Notes: generated by a model from the sequence alone, not told the origin. DNA of 64,000 nucleotides from the human T2T-CHM13v2.0 reference genome, Homo sapiens (GCF_009914755.1 NC_060936.1), one strand, 5' to 3'; counted from the stretch's first letter, positions 12,345 to 28,188 are shown. Translations and numbers: made by a program.

Positions 12345-12705
12345 TTATTTTTTTCTTGAATAAAGCATGGTATAGTCATTAGTTACAACCCTTAGAACAG
12401 TCATTAGGCCAGTCATGCCATAAGACAAGCCCTCAACTCCATCTGTGGCAAGGGGATTTGTTTGCCTGGACTTTTGGAAAATACTAGGATTCTAATTACA
12501 CCCCAAATTCAAATTGTGTGGGTGTTGCTTTCTTTTCCTGAATCAGATAATACAAGCTGATATAAAGCAGATAATAAAAACGTCATACTTCAAAGGCCTT
12601 GTGAACCAACATCCTTTCACAATTTTTAGATGAGATTTTGAATGTATAAACTTTCCCTGCAAACATGTTCTAGGGATGACTCAGTTTCTTTTAAAATCTG
12701 TGTAA

Positions 12706-13004
12706 GGCTGGGCGTGGCAGCTCAAGCCTGTAAATCCCAGTACTTTGAGAGGCCAAGGAGGAAGGATGGCTTGAGGCCAGGAATTCGAGACCAACCTGGA
12801 CACCATAGTGAGACCCCCGTCTCTACAAAATTTTTTAAAAATTTGCCAGATGTAGTGCTCTGTGCCTGTAGTTCTAGTTGCTTGAGAGGCGGAGGCGAGA
12901 GGATTGCTGGAGCCCCAGAGTTCAAGGTTTCAGTGAGCTGTAATTGTGCTACTGCACTCCAGCTTAGGCAACAAAGCCAGACCTCATCTCTTAAAGAAAA
13001 AAAA
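12706..13004 (+). mobile_element. AluJ within transduced segment
   Basis: Diverged dimer, ggatggcttgaggccaggaattcgagacc (J-type), A tail. Confidence 0.85.
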
Positions 13005-13237
13005 CTTCATAAACAGCTCAATGTTAGTGAATTTTCACTGACTATATTAGAAGACACTGAAAATAATTCTGCCAAGAAATTCTCTGCAGAAACTTAGACA
13101 ATTTCTGAACCACCTTTAAATCCTCCTATTGACGGAGGCTTGGAGGGCATTGTGTTAGAGGGGCACGTGCCACTGGTTGGCTACTCTGAGGCAGACTCTG
13201 CACCCAGCAGTGAATATTTGTGTGGTTTTCTCCACAG

Positions 13238-13357
13238 GTCCCGTGGGAAGATCTCCGTTATCTCTTTGATGAGATCATGTATGGAGGCCACATCACAGAT
13301 GACAGGGATTGCAAACTGTGTCGGGTGTATTTAGAAGAATTCATGAATCCATCTCTG
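13238..13357 (+). pseudogene. DNAH11: Orphan single-exon copy of axonemal dynein heavy chain (DNAH11-like), 120 nt
   Basis: ttttctccacag|GTC...CTG|gtaag; translates [40 protein letters not shown] versus recalled DNAH11 [40 protein letters not shown] (37/40); no neighbouring dynein exons seen in window. Confidence 0.85.
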
Positions 13358-13660
13358 GTAAGACATTTGTAAATTAATTAACTTGTAATTTCACTGAGGA
13401 AAAAATTCTGGTAAGAATTTTATAAACTAATTATACTATGGGTAATTCTTTTTTTTATTCTTATACTTTAAGTTTTAGGGTACATGTGCACAACTTGCAG
13501 GTTTGTTACATAAGTATACATGTGCCATGTTCGTGTGCTGCACCCATTAACTCGTCATTTAACATTAGGTATATCTCCTAATGCTATCCCTCCCCCCTCC
13601 CCCCACCCCACAACAGGCCTGGGTGATGTTCTCCTTCCTGTGTCCATGTGTTTTCATTGT

Positions 13661-17486
<3,826 letters not shown>

Positions 17487-17549
17487 TATGATGTTAGCTG
17501 GTTATTTTGCTCGTTAGTTGATGCAGTTTCTTCCTAGCCTCGATGGTCT

Positions 17550-18566
17550 TTACAATTTGGCATGTTTTTGCAGTGGCTGGTACCAGTTGTTCCTTTCTAT
17601 GTTTAGCACTTCCTTCAGGAGCTCTTTTAGGGCAGGCCTGGTGGTGACAAAATCTCTCAGCATTTGCTTGTCTGTAAAGTATTATATTTCTCCTTCACTT
17701 ATGAAGCTTAGTTTGGCTGGATATGAAGTTCTGGGTTGAAAATTCTTTGCTTTAACAGTGTTGAATATTGGCCCCCACTGTCTTCTGGCTTGTAGAGTTT
17801 CTGCCAAGAGATCATCTGTTAGTCTGATGAGCTTCCCTTTGTGGGTAACCCAACCTTTCTCTCTGGCTTCCCTTAACAGTTTTTCCTTCATTTCAACTTT
17901 GGTAAATCTGACAATTATGTGTCTTAGAGTTGCTCTTCTTGAGGAGTATCTTTGTGGTGTTCTCTGTATTTCCTGAATCTGAACGTTGGCCTGCCTTGCT
18001 AGATTGGGGAAGTTCTCCTGGATAATATCCTGCAGAGTGTTTTCCAGCTTGGTTCCATTCTCCCCGTCACTTTCAGGTACACCAGTCAGATGTAGATTTG
18101 GTCTTTTCACATAGTCCCATATTTCTTGGAGGCTTTGTTCATTTCTTTTTATTCTTTTTTCTCCAAACTTCTCTTCTCGTTTCATTTCATTTATTTGATC
18201 TTCCATCACTGATACCCTTTCTTCTAGTTGGTCGAATTGGCTGCTGAGGCTTGTGCATTCTTCACGTAGTTCTCGTGCCTTGGTTTTCAGCTCCATCAGG
18301 TCCTTTGAGGACTTCTCTGCATTGGTTATTCTAGTTATCCATTCGTCTCATCTTTTTTCAAGGTTTTTAACTTCTTTGCCATGGGTTCGAACTTCCTCCT
18401 TTAGCTCGGAGTAGTTTGATCATCTGAAGCTTTCTTCTCTCAACTCGTCAAAGTCATTCTCCGTCCAGCTTTGTTCTGTTGCTGGTGAGGAGCTGCGTTC
18501 CTTTGGAGGAGGAGAGGTGCTCTGATTTTGAGAATTTTCAGTTTTTCTGCTATGTTTTTTCCCCAT
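17550..18566 (-). pseudogene. L1 ORF1, disrupted
   Basis: ATGGGGAAAAAACATAGCAG start; premature TGA near 18420; ORF 17682..18296 is ORF1p-like. Confidence 0.92.
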
Positions 18567-19141
18567 CTTTGTGGTTTTATCTACCTTTGGTCTTTGATGA
18601 TGGTGACGTACAGATGGGTTTTTGGTGTGGATGTCCTTTCTGTTTGTTAGTTTTCCTTCTAACAGTCAGGATCCTCAGCTGCAGGTCTGTTGGGGTTTGC
18701 TGGAGGTCCACTCCAGACCCTGTTTGCCTGGGTATCAGCAGCAGAGGCTGCAGAACAGCAGATATTGGTGAACAGCAGATGTTGCTGCCTGATCGTTTCT
18801 CTGGAGGTTTTGTCTCAGAGGAGTACCCGGCCATGTGAGGTGTCAGTCTGCCCCTACTAGGGGGTGCCTCCCAGTTAGGCTACTCCGGGGTCAGGGACCC
18901 ACTTGAGGAGGCAGTCTGTCCATTCTTAGATCTCCAGCTGCATGCTTGGAGAACCACTACTGTCTTCCAAGCTGTCAGACAGGGACATTTAAGTCTGCAG
19001 AGGTTTCTGCTGCCTTTTGTTTGGCTATGACCTGTCCCCAGAGGTGAAGTCTACAGAGGCAGGCAGGCCTCCTTGAGCTGCGGTGGGCTCCACCCAGTTT
19101 GGGCTTCCCAGCCACTTTGTTTACCTACTCAAGCCTCGGCA

Positions 19142-19324
19142 ATGGCGGGCGCCCCTCCCCCAGCCTCACTGCCGCCTTGCAGTTTGATCGCAGACTGCTG
19201 TGCTAGCAATGAGCGAGGCTCCGTGGGCACAGGACGCTCTGAGGCAGGTGCAGGATACAATCTCCTGGTGTGCCATTTGCTAAGACCATCAGAAAAGCAC
19301 AGTGTTAGGGTGGGAGTGGCCTGA
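19142..19324 (+). other. L1 antisense ORF0, truncated to 60 aa
   Basis: MAGAPPPASLPPCSLIADCCASN... matches primate ORF0 N-terminus; ends early at TGA. Confidence 0.75.
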
Positions 19325-19590
19325 TTTTCCAGGTGACGTCTGTCACTCCTTTCCTTGGCTAGGAAAGGGAATTCCCTGACCCCTTGTGCTTCCTGGGTGA
19401 GGCGATGCCTTGCCCTGCTTTGGCTCACACTTGGTGCACTGCATCCACTGTCCTGCACCCACTGTCTGACAATCTCCAGTGAGATGAACCCGGTACCTCA
19501 GTTGGAAATGCAGAAATCTTTCATCTTCTGCGTCGCTCATGCTGGGAGCTGTAGACTGGAGCTGTTCCTATTCGGCCATCTTGGCTCCAC

Positions 19591-20127
19591 CTGATTGATT
19601 TTATTAATTATGGGAATTGGTTCACATGGTTATGAAGGCTGAGAAGTTCCACCGTATGATATTTGCAAGCTGGAGATCCAGGAAAACTAGTGGGGTAATT
19701 CAATCCAAGTTTGAAGGCCTGAGAACTTAGAGGGTAGGAGGGTGTGTTGATATAAGTCCTGGACTCTGAAGGCCAAAGAGCTTGGTGTGAGAAAGCAGGA
19801 GAAGATAGATGTCCCTGTTAAAGGAGAGAGAGAATTTGCTCATCCCTGATCTCTTTGTCCTATTCAGGCCTTCTACAGATTGGATGATGCCCGGCCACAC
19901 TGGGGAGGGCAGATCTGCTTTACCAATCCAAATATGAACTGGATATTCTGCCAATCCAAATATGCCAATCCAAATACGAACCTCTTCCTGAAACACCGTC
20001 ACAGGCACATAGAAATAACGCTTAACTAATAATGTTAAAATTTAGTATTAAATAATAATGTTTAAAATAATGTTTATAGGGGCACCTCATGACCCAGTCA
20101 GGTTGACACATAAAATTAACTTTTACA
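19591..20127 (-). mobile_element. MLT2 LTR, right part
   Basis: ggaattggttcacatggttatgaaggctgagaagttcc...ccagtcaggttgacacataaaattaac. Confidence 0.85.
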
Positions 20128-22247
20128 TGTAGCTAAAAAATCATTGATATGGTTTTCTTGAAGAAAGAAAGAAGGAAAGAAAGAAAACCTGAAAAATGGT
20201 TTGGCTTATCCCAAAGGTGAGATCAGGTTTTGGTCAGGTTCCTAGCTGGCACACTCAAGAATCTTCCATGCACAATCCTACCTTAACTCTCATATTTTTA
20301 TCCTCTACTACTAGCCAGTGTGTCATTGGCTTCAGCTAGAACAAGACCTTCACTCTCCCTTGTAGGTTCTGTGCCAATTCAGCCTCCACACTTTTATTTA
20401 TGTTGTGATACCACTGGGTTCCCTCTCAAATTCTGTCCAAATCCCATCTATCCTTCAAGGGCCTAAAGTCAACCTTGTCTAGGAAATCCTCCCCAACTAG
20501 CACGCTGAATTTCCATCATGTTTTATTTCTCTCAACAATTTGGACTTATTTAAGTTGCAGATAGGAAAAATGAGGTGAAAGGTCTATTATCTAACTTCAT
20601 TATTTTAAAAGAGGGAACAGCTTTGACTAAACACACCTTGATTTGTCCATTGAGGGTACAAGAAAACTCAAAAGGCATGGGTTTTGGTGGGCTCAGAGGA
20701 ACAAAGGGAGATGGTTCAGTTGCTCCGACTGAGGGAAAAAAGAATCATTGGTTATCTGCCTCTGGTGGGGGAGTAGTGGGGAGAAGAGAAAAGAAGAGAG
20801 GTGATGAGGAGGAGTTGTGGGGAGGAGAAGGAAGAACCAGTGAGATCAGCTGAGGTGGGGCTTCTGAGAGCTGAAGAGCAAATTCCCCATGGCGAAGGGC
20901 CTTTACAAGGGGGAGTGTCTGATATTCATTGTGAAGTTGTCTTGTGCTTTGTTGATGTCATTCCTTTTCTCTGCTTCCCCCACACCTCAAGGAAAGTCTG
21001 ACACTCTCACAAGAGCCTTGAGCTGGCAGGTTTTTTGCAGGGAATTGAAGAATGAGCTGGGTTTTATAGCTGGGTTGACAGAGTGTGAATATGAAAGCAT
21101 GGGCGAAGAAAAGCAAGAGGCTGGACATAATGACTGCACCCAGACTTTGGCGAAATCTTTGGGAAGAATCTTTGAGGAGTTCTAGTTGATTGTAACCATA
21201 TCTCAGGGGCTCACAATGGGGCTTCTCTGATTATAGTCCCAAGGTCCCACTCCTCCAGAAAGCTACTTCTCATTCTTTCTTTGTTCTTTCTTCTTCATTC
21301 TTTCTCACTTTCTATGATGTCTCCTCCCTATTCCTTTCCCGCTCTTGTTTTATCCTGTCTTATTTACAGCAATTTGGCTTCTCTCATCCTTTTATCATCC
21401 TTCTCTGTAAGCACGATAAAGACCTGGTAATGAACCAAATGATCAAGAGATACTTCCTTTTGGAATAATGGGAGGTAGAATGCAGAGGAGGTAGACTGCA
21501 AATCTTTATAGTTTAATATATTTTTGTATCCATCTTACACTCATCTGTACAAACACATGTATACATATAGGTCTTATTAGAACCCTCAATTTTTAAGTTC
21601 TATGACAGTAGGGACCATGGCTTTTTCATAAGTACCCTTTCTGTCCCCTCACAACAATCCAGCGTGGAACCAACCATATAGCCCTTAATCAATGAATTAT
21701 AGAGGACCTTTAGTGAGTTACATGACATCTTGGGAGGAGGGAGGAGATAGAATGGAGAAGGGGATGGGATTGAAATTTATAGAGCCTCTGTTGCATGCCA
21801 GGCAGAGTACAAGGCACTTTACATGTAACATCTACAGTATACTTAATGCCCACTATGCATCCAGCATGCTATGCAAGTTCTTATTTAATTCTTACTGCTG
21901 GACCATGTTACTCAATTTCAGGAGTTGTGCAATATGGCGCCCATGTTCATAACCATCATGTAACACAGATATCATGAGTACTATTGTACAGGTGAGGAGT
22001 GTGGGCTTCCAAGAAGCATTAACTCTGTCAAGTTTCCATAGCTAGATTTGCAGAAACGTAATATTTGCCCTGGTCTTTTTGACTCCATGGCCGTGGTCTT
22101 TTTTTCTCACTTTACCACAAAACAAATCTATTTCAAATATTTGATGATAAGATATGTAGAAGCCAGGAATGAGGAAGCCGGTGCTCATACCCAATATGGT
22201 ATGGAGTAAGAAAGGAATGGGTGGACACAGGATGACACATTCCACTC

Positions 22248-22455
22248 CAGTTGCGCTTCTCAAGGGAGATACTATTGACATACTTCTCCTGGACAATTTT
22301 TTTTATCATGTGGGAATGTTCTGTGCATGACAGGATATTTTGTATCCTTAGTTTTTGCCCAGTAAATGCCAGGAGTGCTCTTTCTCTTCTTGACACCCCC
22401 AAAGTAAATACTCTCAGACATTTCCAAATTTCCCTAGAGGAATAATACCACTATA
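22248..22455. mobile_element. MER20-like hAT DNA transposon
   Basis: actattgacat...tgtgcatgacaggata...cccagtaaatgccag...cagacatttccaaatttcccta. Confidence 0.55.
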
Positions 22456-23329
22456 GATCAAATTGCCTCCTTGAGTGATTTCCTAAACCCCCTTTAGGTT
22501 TAGTTGTCAATAATTCTGTGTAGAAATGAATGAATGGATGAATGGTCAGGACTAATTGCAGGCACAGACTGCTTTTGTAAAGGCAGGTTTAGATGGGATA
22601 TTCCTGTGGCCTTGGATTACTTAGATCACTGGGGACTTAGGACAATGCCCAAATAGAAGTGTGATGACCCAGATGTGAGACAAAGGACCCAGAAGGCAAA
22701 CATCATCTGCTCTTCAGTTTACCTCTAACCAGACCCTTTCCTGGTGCTTTCAAGGCTGCGAAATGAAGATTCTGCCTGCTCAATGACAGCCCCAAGTGGG
22801 AACAGAGGGAGGGAGGGAGGGAGGGAGGGGCAGCAGCCTCACTGTAGTAAAGTGGAATGCCATCGCCCTCCACGCTAATGCAAACCAGCTGCCGGCCGGC
22901 CCCAGCTTGCGATAGAACAGGCGGAATTCTTGGACACTGAGTTATTCTTAGAAGCATGTGCGCAGTCCCCTGGCAGGGCTCACTGTGAACCGGCCATTGC
23001 CAGCCCCCTGTCAGGATGCTGTGCCAGTAGACTCAAGAGTGATTGTTCTCGCTTATGAAAAATAACTTTGGGATTTTAATTTCAAATTACCCACAGAGAT
23101 GGGGCTGGATATGGAGAATATGGTGCTAAGGGCAGAGAGGAGAGTGAGACAAAGGACAGGGAGGACAGGGAACATCACCCATTCATTCGCAAATACATAT
23201 TAAGTATCTGCTGTGTGCAGATACTGGGGTTCTCATCACACCCAGACTTCCATTTGAACTGGGTGGACACAGGTGAACAGTTGTCTAGACCCTGAGAGTG
23301 AACACTCCCACGTGCTTTTAGATTCTGTT

Positions 23330-23520
23330 GATTGAGTGCTTTTTGTGTGCCAGGCTCTTTACATCAGGGATCTCACTTAGTCTTCACAGTAGCACTGTGA
23401 AGTGAGCAGCATTGCTCCTGTTTTACAGGAAACTGAGTGTTGGAGAAAGAATCTGCCTAAGGCTTCACAGCTATCAAGTGGCAGAGCCAGGATTTGAACT
23501 CTGGCCAGCAGGCTTCTGCC
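23330..23520 (-). mobile_element. MIR fragment
   Basis: ttttacaggaaactgag...gtggcagagccaggatttgaac. Confidence 0.65.
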
Positions 23521-24319
23521 TTCACGCCTGTGTTGAGCACCAACTGTATGCCAAGGTCGAGTTAGACATTGAGATTGTGAAGCCAAATAAAGGGGCTGAA
23601 TCTTAGCCCTTAAGTCTCTCTGTTGAACTGTCTATGGGAGCGACAGGCATATGACAAGGAATTATAATAACGGGGTTTGTAAAGCAGGAGATCAGAACTA
23701 TGGATAAGCTCCACTGGAATGTGGCAGGGCCAGCAATCAAAGAGGAGGGAATAGTTGGGTGTTATGTAGGGAAGGCAATGGAAAAAGGGCACTTCAAGCA
23801 GAGAAGCAGCATGGGCGATGGTCTGTGGGCCAGCAGGTGCAATGGGCTTAGTGGAGCTGCAGCACAGGATACACTGAGGGGATAGGAGATGAGATGACTG
23901 GAAAGGCGAGCAGGACCTGACGGTAAAGAGCCTCGTGGGACAGACCTAAGAGCTGGAACTTTGTCCTGGAGGAACTGAAGACTCCTCTGTCCAATCGTTT
24001 AGCCACTTGCTCATTTAGTGTATATTTATTGAGCACTCACAGTATGCCAGGCATTCTACATGTAAATAATTTTAAGCAGGAAACAGGTGCATGAGTTTTA
24101 CTTTAGAAAAAAAAATTCCTATGTGGAAAGTCATTAAGGGGCCTCCATGGTGGCCCAGGTAAAAGATGATCCAGGAATGACCAGTGATAGCAGCTGGGAG
24201 TTTAGAGACATACATGAGATGTCCACTTGACACACATAGGGGATGAAGTGAAGCTTATTTCCTCTGCAAAGCTCATTGATGAATGCATGCTCGCATTATG
24301 GGGAGTATCTGCAAATGAG

Positions 24320-24860
24320 GGTTAGTATCTAGCAAACCTATATATGTCTGGTCCTGTCAGCAGAATTGCATGTCCATTAAGGAGCATTTGTGTTTGGTTC
24401 CAAGCCCATTTATGTCATTCTTAGTTATTAATTACTTAATCCAGTATTAACCCCAAAATAAAATAAATTGTGCCAAAAAAAGGGAACTGTTTCTATCAAT
24501 GCTGAGTTGAAAGCTTTGTAAAGGCAGACTAAGAACTGCTAAAACTTACTATGGAATTGGGTGTGGATGAGACAATGAAAGGATTGGGAAAATCATAAAA
24601 TTCTAGCAAGATTCTTTACTCAGATTGCTTTACAAGGGTCTTTAAGGTCTCTCTCAACTTCAAAGAAACTGATGCTGGAAATTGTAGATGATGCATTAAA
24701 GGGTGTGGTGTATGTAAGAAAGATGACAAGGAGCTGCAGTCAGCAGACCCATTCTCAAAGAAAAGCCTTGGCTCCACATCAAAAGAGTGGTGAATGAATG
24801 TGCATTTATATGTTTTAAGTTAAAATTAAACAGGTTTGGCGTATGTACGTATCATTTTTT
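24320..24860 (+). mobile_element. Tigger-family (TcMar) DNA transposon fossil with degenerate transposase N-terminus
   Basis: Frame-broken coding remnants ELGVDET, LEIVDDAL, RPILKEK typical of CENP-B-type HTH of Tigger transposases. Confidence 0.6.
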
Positions 24861-27551
24861 AGCTTTAAGTAAAGTTTTTATTGAAGTATAACATACATTG
24901 AAAAAAGCTCACAGATCTAAGATTATAGTGGGATATGTTTTTGTAAAGTGAACACCCAGCATAACCAGCAACCAGATCAAGGACCAGAACTTTGCCAGCA
25001 CCCCCAAATCTTTCCTCATGCCTTATTCCAAGCATTACACACTCCCATCTCAAATGTAGCCACTACTCTGACTTTTATCAGCATTAATGAATTTCACCTA
25101 TTCACCTATTAAATAAATCAGAATTTTTTTTTTTTTTTTTGCTTGGAGCTTAACTTGTTTTGCTTGGCATTATGTTTGTAAAAGCCCTCCATGTTGTTTA
25201 GTGTTGCAATAATTTGCTCAACCTCGTTGTATAGTATTCTTTGAGCTATGTGTTGGTACACAGTAAGCACTCAGTAAATGATAGTCAAATAGAGATGTGA
25301 GTGACCTTTAGTAAGACAACACCTGGACAGCTGTCCACCATCTGAATTTGAATGGTGCTCTGGAAGTGTTGAATACCCCCAGTTTATCTATTCAGTCTAC
25401 CCTGAAGAATATATATGTTGTTCCTAGTGACTAGCTATTATGAATAGTGCTACTATAGACACTTTTATACAGATCTTTTGATGAACACACGCAGGCATTT
25501 CTTTTGAGTATATATCTAAGAGAAAAATTGCCAGGTCCTAAGTTGTACATATATTCAGGTTTAATAGATACTGAGGAAGAGTTTTTCAAAGTGGTTGTGT
25601 CCATTCTGCTTCTGTTTGTGGAGTAAGAAAGTTCTAATGGCTTCCGCATTCTTGCCAACACTTGATATTGTCTATGTTATTGTTTCTAATTATAGCTGTT
25701 CTTGTGGGGGTAAAGTGATATCTAATATTTTTGTTTGCTTTTAATAAATCTTTTATTATAGGATAATTTTAGATTTACAGGAAAGTTGCAAAGACAATGC
25801 GAAGAGTTCCTGTATAGCCCTCACTCAATTTTCCCCATTTGTGAACATCTTCCATTACTGTAGCATCTTTGTCAAAGTGAAGAAACTGATATTGGTAGGT
25901 TGCTATTAAGTAAACTCCAGATTTTATTTAGATTTCATCAGTTTTTTCCAGTTTTATCCTCTTTCTGTTATAGCAACCCTTCTTCCAGGGTACCACATTG
26001 CATTCGGTTGTCATGCCTCCCTAGTGTCTTCTGGTCTGTGATAGTATCTCAGTCTTTCCTTTGTTTTTTATGACCTTGATAGTCTTGAGTGATACTGGCA
26101 AGCCCTCCTATAGCAAGTCCCCCATTCTGGGTCTGTTTGATGTTTTTCTTATGGCCAGAATGGAAGTAAGAGTTTTTGGAAATAATGTTACAGAGGTAAA
26201 GTGTTTTTCTCATTACACCAAAATTAAAGAGTACATGACAGCCACATGGGATCATTGATGATGTTAACTCTCATCACTTGATGAAGGTAATGTTCTCCCC
26301 AGATTTCTCCACTGTGAAGTCACTATTTCTCCTTTTCTCAATCCTATATTTTGGCAGTGAATCACTATGCCTAGCCCACCTCAAGTTGGGAGGAGAGGGA
26401 GACTTAAGTTCTACCTTTTGGAAGGTGGAATATCTAGGTATATTATTTGGATTTTTTCTGCAAGGAAGATTTGTTTAATCTCATTCGTTCATATCCGTAA
26501 GAACTCATGTTAATTAATGTTAATTAACATGAGTTAATTATAATCTTTGGGTTGTAATCTAATACTACATTATTTATTTGTTGCTCACATTTTTTCATCT
26601 CTGGCAATTGGGAGCTCTTTCAGGGTGACTCCTATGTTCCTTTAATGTGCCATCCCCACAATCCTTTTGCTTTTAAAGTACTTTCTTACTTTCTGGTACT
26701 ACAAGATACTCCAGGTTTATATTACATTTTCCCTGCCCCAGCCTCACCCATTTCTTTAAGAAGCCCTGATTTCTTTTATTGGAGAATAGGATTTAGAAAT
26801 CAAGATCTCAGTGCGTGGTGTCTCATTGTGGCTTTCATTTGCATTTTCCATGAAGAGTGTCACCTTTCCAAATGTTTATTGGGCATTTTTATATTTCTTT
26901 TAGCAAGGTGTTTATTCAAGTCATTTGCCTATTTTTTTTACTGGAATGTCTATATTGTTTACTTATTAATTCAGACATTATTTCCTTTTTTATGTATTCT
27001 GGATTTTAGTTCCTTCATTAAATATATGCATTATAAATATCTTCTTCCACCCTGTGGCTTGTCTTTTCATTCTAATACTAGTGTCTTTGAAAAGGACATT
27101 CTTCATATTATCACGGTACAATTAGTCACTTTTTCCTTTTATGATTCTGTTAATAATTATTAGAATGTTTTCCTATGTTATCTTCTAAAAGTTGTATTGT
27201 TTTATGTTTAGATAATAAAATACACCTGGAATTGATTATTGTGTGTAGTGTAGGGAGGGGTTAAGATGAGGTTTTTTTTTCCATATCCAACTGACTGCTC
27301 CCGTTTATTGAAAAGACCATCCCATCTTCACTGCAGGCATTTTCATCTTTGTTTCTGAACTCTGTTCAGTTCTGTAGGTCTATTTGTCTATCCTTTCACC
27401 AATACTACACTATTTTAATTACTGTAGTTTTATAAAAGTTTTAATATCTGGTAGTATAAATTCTCAGTTTTTAAAGTTCTTCAATATTATTTTGGGCATC
27501 CTTGGCACTTCTCATTTTTATATAAATGTTAAAACAGGTGAATTTTCTCTG

Positions 27552-27552
<1 letters not shown>

Positions 27553-27585
<33 letters not shown>

Positions 27586-27589
27586 ACAC
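27553..27589. repeat. (CA)n microsatellite
   Basis: Direct reading. Confidence 0.95.
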
Positions 27590-27908
27590 CCTACCTACTA
27601 GGAATTTTATTGAGATTTCATTGAATTTATAGATCAATTTTGGGAGAACTGACACCTTTAAATGATCAAGTCGTCTTCTCCATGAAAATATAGCAAATTC
27701 CTCCACTTATTCAGGCGTTTTAAAATTTATCCGAAGAATGCTTTTCAGTTTTTAGGATAAAAGTCTTATTTATATTTTGTTTTCATTTTAAGTATTGACA
27801 TTTTAATGTTATTTTTTGACGTAGCTTTACATTTTTCACTTGTAATTGTTTATTGACAGTGTATTTAAAATATTATTTAAAAATATATTGATGTTAGCTT
27901 CCCTTCTT

Positions 27909-28188
27909 TTTTTTTTTTTTTTTTTTTTGTCACCCAGGCTGGAGTGCAGTTGTGTGATCTCAGCTCACTGAAATCTCCACTTCCTGGGTTCAAGCGATTC
28001 TCCTGCCTCAGCCTCCTGAGTAGCTGGGATTACAGGTGCAGCCACTACGCACGGCTAATTTGTGTATTTTTAGTAGAGACGGGGTTTCACCGTTTTGGAC
28101 ACGCTGGTCTCGAACTCCTGACCTTGTGATCTGCCCGCCTCAGCCTCCCAAAGTGCTGAGATTACAGGCGTGAGCCACCGTGCCTGGC
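27909..28188 (-). mobile_element. AluS
   Basis: Poly-T plus dimer; TSD AGCTTCCCTTCTT at 27896-27908 and 28189-28201. Confidence 0.93.

Larger units (their letters stand above)
12355..13448 (-). other. L1 3' transduction (~1.1 kb non-L1 genomic sequence)
   Basis: Lies between L1's own poly(A) (T-run 13449-13456) and a second T-run (12345-12354) that abuts the TSD CTGATTGATTTTATT (12330-12344 = 19591-19605). Confidence 0.88.

Noticed and set aside
12359-12364. AATAAA as the poly(A) signal of the transduction
   Set aside because: It is on the plus strand; the transduced RNA is minus-strand
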